Below, piece by piece: positions 39,250-47,588 of a stretch of DNA of 64,000 nt (its first letter is position 1; each line of letters starts with the position of its first letter). The DNA comes from an uncultured Neobacillus sp. (GTDB taxonomy: Bacteria > Bacillota > Bacilli > Bacillales > Cytobacillaceae), in contig CAYNUT010000005.1 in NCBI GenBank assembly GCA_964400595.1, positions 547 to 64,546 of the forward strand, given 5' to 3'. A program made the position numbers and the translations under genes. Below the pieces are notes generated by a model. It ran no database searches. It saw only the letters and a program-made list of their open reading frames with translations, and was not told the DNA's origin.

Positions 39250-39855
39250 TTATTTAAACCAGCCTTTTTCTTTGGATTGTGTAATGGCCTCGATGCGGTT
39301 TTTGACTTCGAGTTTATCGAGAATGATGGAGATGTAGTTACGGACGGTTCCGGTTTTGATGCTGAGTTCTTCGGCGATTTCTTTTGTGTTTTTCCCGTCT
39401 GCAACAAGCTCCAATACTTTTTTTTCCCGATCCGTCAGCGGATTTTCCTCCCCGTACAGATCATCCATTAACTCAGGAGCATAAACTCTTCTACCAGCCA
39501 TGACACTTCTGATGGAACTAGCCAACTCTTCACTTGGGCTGTCTTTCAATAAATAGCCGCTTACACCTGCCTTCAGCGCCCTCTGAAAATAACCCGTCCG
39601 AGCGAACGTCGTTAGAATAATCACCTTACAGCCAAGTCCTTTTAGTTCTTCTGCTGCTTCAAGACCGCTTTTTCCGGGCATTTCAATATCCATGATACAA
39701 ACATCAGGATTAAATTTCCGGACCATCGCCACTGCTTCCTCGCCATTTGCCGCCTTACCGACCACTTGCATATCCTCTTCCAGGTTAAGCAGTGAACCAA
39801 AGGCGCCCAAAAGCATTTTCTGGTCTTCAGCGATCACGATATTAATCATTCTCAT
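39250..39855 (-). CDS. desR: NarL-family response regulator DesR
   Basis: IAEDQKMLLGA, TTFARTGY, LuxR-type HTH; follows desK. Confidence 0.9.
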   Translation of the reverse strand: MRMINIVIAEDQKMLLGAFGSLLNLEEDMQVVGKAANGEEAVAMVRKFNPDVCIMDIEMPGKSGLEAAEELKGLGCKVIILTTFARTGYFQRALKAGVSGYLLKDSPSEELASSIRSVMAGRRVYAPELMDDLYGEENPLTDREKKVLELVADGKNTKEIAEELSIKTGTVRNYISIILDKLEVKNRIEAITQSKEKGWFK

Positions 39856-40985
39856 CCCTCCTTATCCAACCCCGGCTTTACATCATTCGGCACCTTGATC
39901 AACAATGTCGTTCCTTCCTTTGTTTCAAGCTTCATGCTGCCGTTAATAAACTCCAGCCTCTCTTTCATGCCAATAAGGCCGTGGCCTTTTGCCAAGCGTC
40001 CTTCATCACCATTAAACGCTCCATCATCTCGGATAGTCAGCACCGTTTCCAAATTAGTTTGTCCGATCGAAATAAAGCAATTTCGAGCCCCACTATGTTT
40101 AACGACATTGTTCACTGCCTCTTTTAAACACATGCTTAAAATATTCTCAATCAGTGAAGAAACATTCGTCAGGGTGAATTCCCCTTCATATACTACGCTG
40201 ATTTGCGCTGCTTTTAGCATCTCTTTTACACGAAGAATTTCATCCTTCAGCCGAATGCCCCGCATCGAGGAAACCATTTTTCTTACCTCACTTAAAGCTG
40301 TCCGGGCAGTTTGCTGTACATCTTTCAATTCATTACGTGCCTGTTCAGGATCTTTTGTAATCAACCTTCTTGCTAAATCCGTTTTCAGACCTATCAGTGA
40401 AAGTTTTTGTCCGAGTGTATCATGTAGATCGCGGGCAATCCGCTGCCTCTCCTCAAGTTTAACCAATTCAGCAATCCGCTTGTTGGCATCCTCAAGCTTT
40501 TCCTCCAGCTGCCCTCTTTCCTTTCGATTATAAATACTGAACGGAAGCAAAATGACGCTGATCCAAATGATAATGACAAATGGCAATTGTTTTAAAAATA
40601 ATTCCTCCTGCATCACGATGCTATAGTTGATAGAGGCGGACGTGCTGATTAAATGAATAAAATACAACGTAAGAAATGCTGCTCGATCCTTAATATTGCC
40701 AATAAAGTAGGCAAGAAAAAAGGCGAAATAAACATAGCTGAACAGGCTTGTCGCCGTAATAGAAATGCCAATCAAAATTAGCGTCCATAAATATACCAGC
40801 CAGCCTTTTGAAATAAAAGCGATTCGGTAGAGAATGAAAAAGGTTAACGTAAGCAAGATCCCCACAACGATTTGAATCGTCGAGGGGGATTGAAAAATAA
40901 AGTAAAACGGTAATATACAAAGAACAGTCCAAATATACGGGGCAATTCCATTATTTTTTTGAAATGTGAAATACCTTTTTATCAT
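39852..40985 (-). CDS. desK: Membrane histidine kinase DesK
   Basis: About five TM segments, ERQRIARDLHDTLGQKLS, EAVNNVVKHS. Confidence 0.9.
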   Translation of the reverse strand: MIKRYFTFQKNNGIAPYIWTVLCILPFYFIFQSPSTIQIVVGILLTLTFFILYRIAFISKGWLVYLWTLILIGISITATSLFSYVYFAFFLAYFIGNIKDRAAFLTLYFIHLISTSASINYSIVMQEELFLKQLPFVIIIWISVILLPFSIYNRKERGQLEEKLEDANKRIAELVKLEERQRIARDLHDTLGQKLSLIGLKTDLARRLITKDPEQARNELKDVQQTARTALSEVRKMVSSMRGIRLKDEILRVKEMLKAAQISVVYEGEFTLTNVSSLIENILSMCLKEAVNNVVKHSGARNCFISIGQTNLETVLTIRDDGAFNGDEGRLAKGHGLIGMKERLEFINGSMKLETKEGTTLLIKVPNDVKPGLDKEG

Positions 40986-41026
40986 AACGGAGCCCCTTCA
41001 TTCCTAAAATCCTTTATCTTTTTATT

Positions 41027-42052
41027 TTAACGAAAACTGCAGTTTTTTTCCCTTATTTTAGATAAAAATCTGGCTTCTTTAAACCCGACAAACTTTTTCT
41101 CATGCTCATCCCACAAATGAAATTTTAGTGAGGATATGCTTGTCTTAAGCGTGATGGTAGGCACATTTTGTAAAGGAAGTGTCTGCTTATGCACCTCTTC
41201 CAATTTATAATTGGGTACTCTCGGGCTCAAATGATGAACATGGTGATAACCGATATTGCCGGTAAGCCATTGCAGCACTTTTGGCAACTTGTAATAGGAG
41301 CTCCCTTCCACGGCTGCCTTCACATATTCCCACTCTTTGTCGCCCTCAAAATAAGAATCTTCAAAGGTGTGCTGCACATAAAAGAGCCAGATGCCTGCAG
41401 AACCCGACAAGAAAAAGATTGGCCCCTCAACCATGAGAAATGACTCCCAGCCTATGGCCCAGCAAAGAGCGGCAATCACAGCAGCAATTCCAATGTTTAT
41501 AAGATAGGTGTTAAACCGCTCCCTCAGCCTCGCCCCTTTTCTGTTAAAGCGGTTTTTAAAAAGAAAAATGTAAATCGGGCCAAGCACAAACATCACAAAT
41601 GGATGGCGGTACAAGCGATATTGCATCTTTTTCATGCTGCTTGCCGACACATATTCTTCGACCGTCAGCATCCAAATATCCCCTGTTCCCCGTTTATCCA
41701 AATTACTGCTGGTTGCGTGATGAACAGAATGTTCATGCTGCCACCTGCTGTATGGGAACATGGTTATAAAACCGCAAATGGTGCCGAGGATTTTGTTTGC
41801 CGTCCGATTTCTAAAAAAAGAATGATGACAGCAGTCGTGAAATATAATAAAGATCCGCACCAAAAAGCCTGAAGCAGCCACACATAAGGCTATAGTCAGA
41901 AAATATGATATAGACAGACTTTTATAACTCAGAAACCATAGTAAAAAAAATGGGACCAGCGTATTGAGCAGCTGCTGGACACTGTTTTTTGCATTCGGCT
42001 GCTCAAATGGAGCAATCTGCTTTCGTAAATTCTTTGCTTTTTCGTGAACCAT
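41027..42052 (-). CDS. des: Fatty acid desaturase
   Basis: His boxes HDCCH, HSVHH, HHVHH. Confidence 0.93.
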   Translation of the reverse strand: MVHEKAKNLRKQIAPFEQPNAKNSVQQLLNTLVPFFLLWFLSYKSLSISYFLTIALCVAASGFLVRIFIIFHDCCHHSFFRNRTANKILGTICGFITMFPYSRWQHEHSVHHATSSNLDKRGTGDIWMLTVEEYVSASSMKKMQYRLYRHPFVMFVLGPIYIFLFKNRFNRKGARLRERFNTYLINIGIAAVIAALCWAIGWESFLMVEGPIFFLSGSAGIWLFYVQHTFEDSYFEGDKEWEYVKAAVEGSSYYKLPKVLQWLTGNIGYHHVHHLSPRVPNYKLEEVHKQTLPLQNVPTITLKTSISSLKFHLWDEHEKKFVGFKEARFLSKIREKNCSFR

Positions 42053-42121
42053 AATTTGATTTCCCTTCCTCTTTAGTTAAAACAAAGTATAGAGAAAGGA
42101 TTCTCCATAAAACAGGCATAC

Positions 42122-42160
42122 CTGTCATAGCCAAACCATGATAAATGTCATGGTTCATGG
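42122..42160. promoter_or_regulatory. Probable DesR binding region
   Basis: Clustered TGTCAT/CATGA half-sites upstream of des. Confidence 0.5.
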
Positions 42161-42176
42161 ACAAAAAAAGGAAAAA

Positions 42177-42219
42177 GGTGTCGGGCGCCATGTGAATTCT
42201 TCACATAGTGCCTGACACC
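42177..42219. repeat. REP-like hairpin, inverted relative to 39189
   Basis: GGTGTCGGGCGCCATGTGAATTCTTCACATAGTGCCTGACACC. Confidence 0.8.
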
Positions 42220-42232
42220 TTACTAAACAGCT

Positions 42233-42787
42233 TTATTTTGTGCGAACAAGGACTTTTGCGCTTTCTTCGAGGCGGCCGACTAATTTTTTGTTAGTTTCGC
42301 GGGCTGCTTTTACGTAACCGTCAGTTACGTTTTGCCATCCGTTTCGACGCTCTCTTGAATAGTTGATATAGTTTTCACTGCTTTCAACAAGGTTTTCTTC
42401 AAATCGCTGAATCAGGTCAAGACCTGCTGCAACAGGAGCCATCGCTAACTGTTCAAGACGTGTTGATACTTCATCAAATTGTTCTTTCAATTCAGGTTTA
42501 ACAGCTTCTCCTTCTTCACGATCTTTTGCAAGTCTGTCTGCAACCGTTTTTGTTAATTCACTGCCTGTTTGTCTATAGGTTTGGAAAAGGCCGGCAAGCG
42601 ATCCTCTAAATTCTTGATTGAAATTTACCATTTCTTTTACGCCATTCAGGAAAGCATCTTCTCTTCTTTCACGGCGCTTTCTAGCCTGTACTAACGATTG
42701 TTCATATTGATTCCAAAAAGTATCTACCAACATATCCACTACTCCTTCTTGGACAGCTTGTCCACTTTTCTTTGCTGCAGTGCTCAT
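42233..42787 (-). CDS. phaP: PhaP-like phasin, copy A2
   Basis: LVDTFWNQYEQS...RREDAFLN matches 12550..13200. Confidence 0.65.
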   Translation of the reverse strand: MSTAAKKSGQAVQEGVVDMLVDTFWNQYEQSLVQARKRRERREDAFLNGVKEMVNFNQEFRGSLAGLFQTYRQTGSELTKTVADRLAKDREEGEAVKPELKEQFDEVSTRLEQLAMAPVAAGLDLIQRFEENLVESSENYINYSRERRNGWQNVTDGYVKAARETNKKLVGRLEESAKVLVRTK

Positions 42788-42859
42788 TTTTGTTCCTCCT
42801 TTTTTTCATGCTCCCAGTTCAGAGCCTTTGTTTTTATTGTATGTACTTCGTAGCTAGTC

Positions 42860-42898
42860 TATATATGTAATTTACACCTATATGTAATAATATGTCAA
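42860..42898 (-). promoter_or_regulatory. SigA-type promoter with putative PhaQ operator, copy 2
   Basis: TTGACA-N18-TAAATT with TAGGTGTAAATTACATATA. Confidence 0.65.
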
Positions 42899-42998
42899 TA
42901 CCAATTATATAATAAAATAACCAGAATTTTATAAATGTTTATACCTTATAAATATTGGAAACATAAAATACTATAAATAACCATTGGAGGTATGTAAA

Positions 42999-43781
42999 TT
43001 GAGTGAACACTTCAATATTTGTTATGGAATTCCTTATTTACGCCTAGGTGCTGGTGAACCATTAGTTTTTATTCACGGCCTAGGAGAAGTGAAAGAAGGC
43101 TGGGCAAACCAGTTTGAATTTGCCGATCAGTATGACCTGATTATTCCTGATTTACGCGGGCACGGAGAGTATGAATCACCACCTGGTGAAATATCCATTC
43201 ATAATTTTGCGAAAGACGTCATTACCCTTCTAAAAGGGCTGGAAATTGAAAGCGCACACATTTGCGGGTTGTCAATGGGCGGGATGGTAGCCCAGGAAAT
43301 TTATCGTCAGGCTCCAGAAATGTGCCTTTCCTTAATGCTCGTCAGTACCTTTCACTTTGCGCCAAAGCGCCTAGGGAAACTTTATCTTAAGCTCCGGCAA
43401 ACTACTGTAGAAAATAAGTTACCTGATGTTCTGAGAGAAAAAGCGGCAAAACTTTGCCTTTATTCATGGTCCAGGGAAAATTTCGAAAGCTTTTATCAAT
43501 TTTACCGGCCGAATAGCGAATTTTATTTCCAATCAATGGAAGCGTGTCTTAAAGTCAACAACTTAACATTACTCCCTCAAATTAAGGTGCCAACCCTCAT
43601 CATTGGCGGGCAATATGATACGGTTATTCCTGTCTGGGTTCAATTATTGATGCATAAACAAATCCGTCACTCAGAGTTTGTTATTTTTAAAAATACAGGT
43701 CATATCGCAAAGTTAGAGGCAAAGGAAGAATTCAATGAAGTTCTCCGCAATTTTTTAAACAAACACAAAAGGGCAAGTTAG
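42999..43781 (+). CDS. Alpha/beta hydrolase, paralog 2
   Basis: GEPLVFIHGLGEVKEGW, GLSMGG, QYD, TGHIAKLE; TTG start after GGAGG. Confidence 0.85.
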   Translation: MSEHFNICYGIPYLRLGAGEPLVFIHGLGEVKEGWANQFEFADQYDLIIPDLRGHGEYESPPGEISIHNFAKDVITLLKGLEIESAHICGLSMGGMVAQEIYRQAPEMCLSLMLVSTFHFAPKRLGKLYLKLRQTTVENKLPDVLREKAAKLCLYSWSRENFESFYQFYRPNSEFYFQSMEACLKVNNLTLLPQIKVPTLIIGGQYDTVIPVWVQLLMHKQIRHSEFVIFKNTGHIAKLEAKEEFNEVLRNFLNKHKRAS

Positions 43782-43861
43782 GAGGAAGGAAAAATCCTTC
43801 CTCTTCCCAATTGCCATCATTAAATATATATTACTTATTACAAACTTTATTACACAAATCC

Positions 43862-44929
43862 CTAAAGTGGATTGGAACGGCTGGAAGCCCATTGGTCCAC
43901 AATTTTCGCAAATATACCAGATAAGGCAAGGCTGACATGTCCAGCTTCCACAGTGATATAAGTTTTATCCTCACTTGAAGCCAAGTCCATTATTGGCTTG
44001 CTCTGCTCTTCTAAAATAAGGTTGTCTTTTGAACCTGAAACAACGAACAAATTAGCTTCAATATTTTTTAAATCAGCCTTTTTATTCCCAAGCATAAATT
44101 CTCCTTTAACCAGTTTGTTCTCTTTAAAAAGATCATTGGCTAATTGTTTATATGCCTCACCTGCAAATGGAACCTGGTCAAGTGTCCATTTATTCATCCG
44201 GCGCCATTTATCAACATACCGATGGTCGTGCGCGCGATTTAATAGCATTGTATAATTTGTAAAATAAATTGGTGCTCCGATTGCCCTGAACATACCTTCC
44301 ACAAGCATCGGCGGGACTACACCATATACATCGATTAAGTGGTCAATGATAAAATCGCCGCTTCTCATGCCTTCTGCCCATTTATCCGGTCCGATAAACG
44401 GCTCGAAATCTATCGGAACAGTCGCGACAATTAAATTTTTAATCGGCTCTTCGGCAATCGATGCGTAGATGGACGCAATTGTGCCGCCTAAGCAATATCC
44501 GACCAAAGTAATTTCTTCAGCTCCCGAATGGCGGATTGCCCGTTTTACTGCTGTCCGTAAATATTTCTCAATATAAGTATCAAGCCCCATCTTCTTGTCT
44601 TCATAGCCTGGGGAACCCCAATCCAAAAGATACACCTCATAGCCCATGTTTGTTAGTCCTTCAATCACACTGGCGTTCGGGGCAATATCTAGAATGTACG
44701 GTTTATTAAATAATGAGTAAACGAAAAATAAGGGAATTTCAAATCTCCTCTGTTTTGCGGGATAATGCCATAGAACCGATTTATTTTTTCTCCAAACTTC
44801 ATTTCTCGGAGTATGGCCAACCTTCGGCTCTGGCCCGCTTAAAGCCTTAAACAAATGCGTCCAGCGGTTCTTCTCTTTTTCAATATCCAAATCAGGAATT
44901 AAATTCACTAAAGGTGTTTCAGCCGCCAC
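43862..44929 (-). CDS. phaC: Class III/IV PHA synthase catalytic subunit, copy 2
   Basis: TPRNEVWRKNK, NKPYILD, YLLDWG, GYCLGG, KD, AGHVS. Confidence 0.85.
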   Translation of the reverse strand: MAAETPLVNLIPDLDIEKEKNRWTHLFKALSGPEPKVGHTPRNEVWRKNKSVLWHYPAKQRRFEIPLFFVYSLFNKPYILDIAPNASVIEGLTNMGYEVYLLDWGSPGYEDKKMGLDTYIEKYLRTAVKRAIRHSGAEEITLVGYCLGGTIASIYASIAEEPIKNLIVATVPIDFEPFIGPDKWAEGMRSGDFIIDHLIDVYGVVPPMLVEGMFRAIGAPIYFTNYTMLLNRAHDHRYVDKWRRMNKWTLDQVPFAGEAYKQLANDLFKENKLVKGEFMLGNKKADLKNIEANLFVVSGSKDNLILEEQSKPIMDLASSEDKTYITVEAGHVSLALSGIFAKIVDQWASSRSNPL

Positions 44930-44950
44930 GGTTCTAACCTCCACCTTCTA

Positions 44951-45517
44951 TTATTTCGCAGGGCTGGATCCGGCCAATACCGGTTCAGCCTCAATGTTAT
45001 TTTTAATAAGGCCTTTAATTTCGTCCATTTCTTCTTTGAAATTGCTTAATTTCAACAGCTCAAATTTCATTTCCTGAAGCTCTGCATGTAAATCCTTTGA
45101 ATCTGCAAGCTCTTTTTTCGTTTTTACAAGTTCAGTTTTCAGTTGTTTTGTCAGCTTCATTATCTCTTTCGATACTTCCACAACACTTTCAATCTCTTTG
45201 CTTTGTGACGTAACAGAATCCCGCAGCTCCCAAATCTGCTCTTCAAGAGCTTCGATTTTTTCTTCCGCCTGAATGGTTAAGGACGCTACGTTCGTCACAT
45301 CAGATTTTGTTGGCATGTTTAAGACGCTGGCAAGTGCCTCTTGATTTTTTTTAAATACCTCTAGATACCGAGAATGGATTTCCGTCCCAATATTGGACAT
45401 CTTGACAAATTCCTTATTGTTCGTCCAAAGATAAATGAAATCATTAATCTGTTTTTCCCACAATAAACTCAGCTTGTGAAAAGATTCATACGGATCATAT
45501 GGTTTTTTGCCTGACAT
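44951..45517 (-). CDS. phaR: PhaR synthase subunit, copy 2
   Basis: YDPY...NMPTKSDVTNVASLTIQAEEKIEALEEQ. Confidence 0.82.
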   Translation of the reverse strand: MSGKKPYDPYESFHKLSLLWEKQINDFIYLWTNNKEFVKMSNIGTEIHSRYLEVFKKNQEALASVLNMPTKSDVTNVASLTIQAEEKIEALEEQIWELRDSVTSQSKEIESVVEVSKEIMKLTKQLKTELVKTKKELADSKDLHAELQEMKFELLKLSNFKEEMDEIKGLIKNNIEAEPVLAGSSPAK

Positions 45518-45535
45518 TCGTTACACCCCTATTGA

Positions 45536-46156
45536 TTATGATTTCGTTTGCTCTGTAACGCTTTTCATATATTTTTGAAACGGCATCATAGCAGATTTTA
45601 CTTGTTTGGTAAAAAGATTCATTAAGACCTTTTGATTTTCATACAACACATTGCTTGTTTTCTTCACACTCTCAATATATTTTTCCCTGGCTTTTTTTCT
45701 ATAAGCAATATATTGCTCCACTGTTTCCAAATACTTATCAAGTGCCTGGCCGCCTGTTAAGGAGCGAACCGGTGTCAATAATAGATTGGTAGTTTTCTTT
45801 TGAATATCATCCACTACTTGATTGATTTCCTCATAAGACTTGATAGGGAATAAGTGCTGAAATGCCGTGGTCGTCATAAGAAGTTCTTCTCTGGCCGTTT
45901 TCTCCCATTCTTTAAGCTCCCTGCTGAATTGCTCAGATACCTGCTTAATATTTTCTTGATTCCGTTTCACCCGATCAGCATAGTTTTTAACAGATTCCAA
46001 GAAAAGCTCATCGCGTTTGTTATACCGTTCTACCCACCTGTCCAACTCATCAAATCCAAGCTTCCAAACCATTTCCAAACTAGATAACTGCTCATTAGCA
46101 TCACCGGCTGCTGCTTCTGTAGTTTCATTTGTTAATACTTCTTCCTTTTCTGCCAT
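45536..46156 (-). CDS. Second PhaP-like helical protein, copy B2
   Basis: WEKTAREELLMTTT...FPIKSYEEIN nearly identical to the block in 16314..17060. Confidence 0.6.
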   Translation of the reverse strand: MAEKEEVLTNETTEAAAGDANEQLSSLEMVWKLGFDELDRWVERYNKRDELFLESVKNYADRVKRNQENIKQVSEQFSRELKEWEKTAREELLMTTTAFQHLFPIKSYEEINQVVDDIQKKTTNLLLTPVRSLTGGQALDKYLETVEQYIAYRKKAREKYIESVKKTSNVLYENQKVLMNLFTKQVKSAMMPFQKYMKSVTEQTKS

Positions 46157-46159
46157 TTC

Positions 46160-46621
46160 CTACTCCCCCTCCTTAGCGGATTCCATTTCAAAAAATTGCT
46201 GTAAATCCGCTAATTCTTTTTCCAAAGTTTTTATTTTGCTATCACGGATGTCTTTCATTTCAGCTTTGTAAACAGAGCAACATTCTTTCCATAGTTTCCG
46301 CACTTCTATTAATCGTAAGAGATTCTCGCGCTGAATTTTGCTGATTTCATAAATCGTTTCATCAAGGAAATCTAACCGGTCCTCTAAATCTACTAGTCTT
46401 ACAGAAATCTCGGCATATTCATCCTTATTCGCAAAATCTAATCGCTTTAACCACCTGGTTGTTAACCTTCTGTGAATTCTTGCCCATTTTAAATGCGCAT
46501 TCATAGCCCGTCCAAATGCTTTTGTAAAGGTCCGGCAATTGGTCCAGGCATGTATGCTTTTATTCATTTCCGCTTCAAGTTTTTTGTAGTTTGCATCTGA
46601 ATCATGATGTTTGGATTCCAT
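46160..46621 (-). CDS. Divergent PhaR-like coiled-coil protein
   Basis: LDFANKDEYAEISVRLVDLEDRLDFLDE parallels the PhaR PTKxDVAxV...EEKIDxLEE motif. Confidence 0.55.
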   Translation of the reverse strand: MESKHHDSDANYKKLEAEMNKSIHAWTNCRTFTKAFGRAMNAHLKWARIHRRLTTRWLKRLDFANKDEYAEISVRLVDLEDRLDFLDETIYEISKIQRENLLRLIEVRKLWKECCSVYKAEMKDIRDSKIKTLEKELADLQQFFEMESAKEGE

Positions 46622-46635
46622 ATAAATCCCCTTCA

Positions 46636-46649
46636 ACCAACCGGTCGGT
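46636..46649. promoter_or_regulatory. Palindrome ACCAACCGGTCGGT, candidate TetR-type operator
   Basis: 12 of 14 positions palindromic, just upstream of the module-2 operon RBS. Confidence 0.5.
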
Positions 46650-46789
46650 ATGTTTACCTAATCATAGTAAATTCAAGCCCTTTAGTCAATTTGGAATTCG
46701 TGAAATTTCTAAAATTTTAGTGAATTTTTTCCAGATTTAGAGTCCAATTGATAGGATTTTTTATTACTATAGAGCAGGTACTCAGTTTT

Positions 46790-47569
46790 TTATTGAACCC
46801 CTGCAGTAGTTCCACCGTCAACTACAAGCACATGTCCAAAAACATAATCTGAAGCGGCTGAGGCTAGGAATAATGCCGGCCCCTTCATATCGTCATTGGA
46901 ACCAAAACGGCCAGCAGGTGTCCGTTCTAGAATTTTTTCTCCGGAATAATCCAAGATCGTTTTTGCCATTTTTGTCGGAAAAAATCCAGGTGCAATCGCA
47001 TTAACATGAACATTGTATGGAGCAAGTTTAACAGCTAAATCCTTTGTAAAGGCAATAACTGCACCTTTGCTTGCCGTATAGCCAATCGCATCCATGACTA
47101 ATGGATCCTGACCGCCCATGCCGGCGATGGAAGCAATGTTAATTATTTTTCCTGATCGCTGTTCTTTCATTATTTTTCCGACTGCCTGCGAAAATAAGAA
47201 GACAGCCTTCAAGTTAATATCCATGACCTTATCCCATTTATCCGCTGGCATTTCTAGAGCAGGGGCTCCCCAGCTTGTCCCGCTGTTGTTTACTAAAATA
47301 TCAATTTGGCCAAATTCCTTCAGTGGTCCATCGACCACATTCTGAATGTCGAGAGGATTGGACACATCACATTTAAAGGCTATGGCCCGAACACCTCTTT
47401 CCTTAAGTGCATCGCAGAATTGCTGGCAGGCCTCAACATTTCTTGAACAAACGACCACATTAGCTCCCGCCTCGGCATAAGAAATCGCAATTTGCTGTCC
47501 TAATCCCCTGCCGCCGCCTGTGACAATGGCTGTTTTCCCTTTTAAACTGAATAAATCTTGAATATTCAT
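46790..47569 (-). CDS. Classical SDR oxidoreductase
   Basis: TGGGRGLG, NNSG, YTASK, IAPGFFPT. Confidence 0.9.
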   Translation of the reverse strand: MNIQDLFSLKGKTAIVTGGGRGLGQQIAISYAEAGANVVVCSRNVEACQQFCDALKERGVRAIAFKCDVSNPLDIQNVVDGPLKEFGQIDILVNNSGTSWGAPALEMPADKWDKVMDINLKAVFLFSQAVGKIMKEQRSGKIINIASIAGMGGQDPLVMDAIGYTASKGAVIAFTKDLAVKLAPYNVHVNAIAPGFFPTKMAKTILDYSGEKILERTPAGRFGSNDDMKGPALFLASAASDYVFGHVLVVDGGTTAGVQ

Positions 47570-47588
47570 CTGAATATCTCCTTTTCTA

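Noticed and set aside
39895..40533. 212-aa plus-strand ORF
   Set aside because: Antisense to desK, with no RBS or recognisable motifs; the same applies to the many other short antisense ORFs over well-supported genes
46790..47569. Calling the SDR phaB
   Set aside because: It is not between phaR and phaC and I do not recognise it as acetoacetyl-CoA reductase; left as a generic SDR
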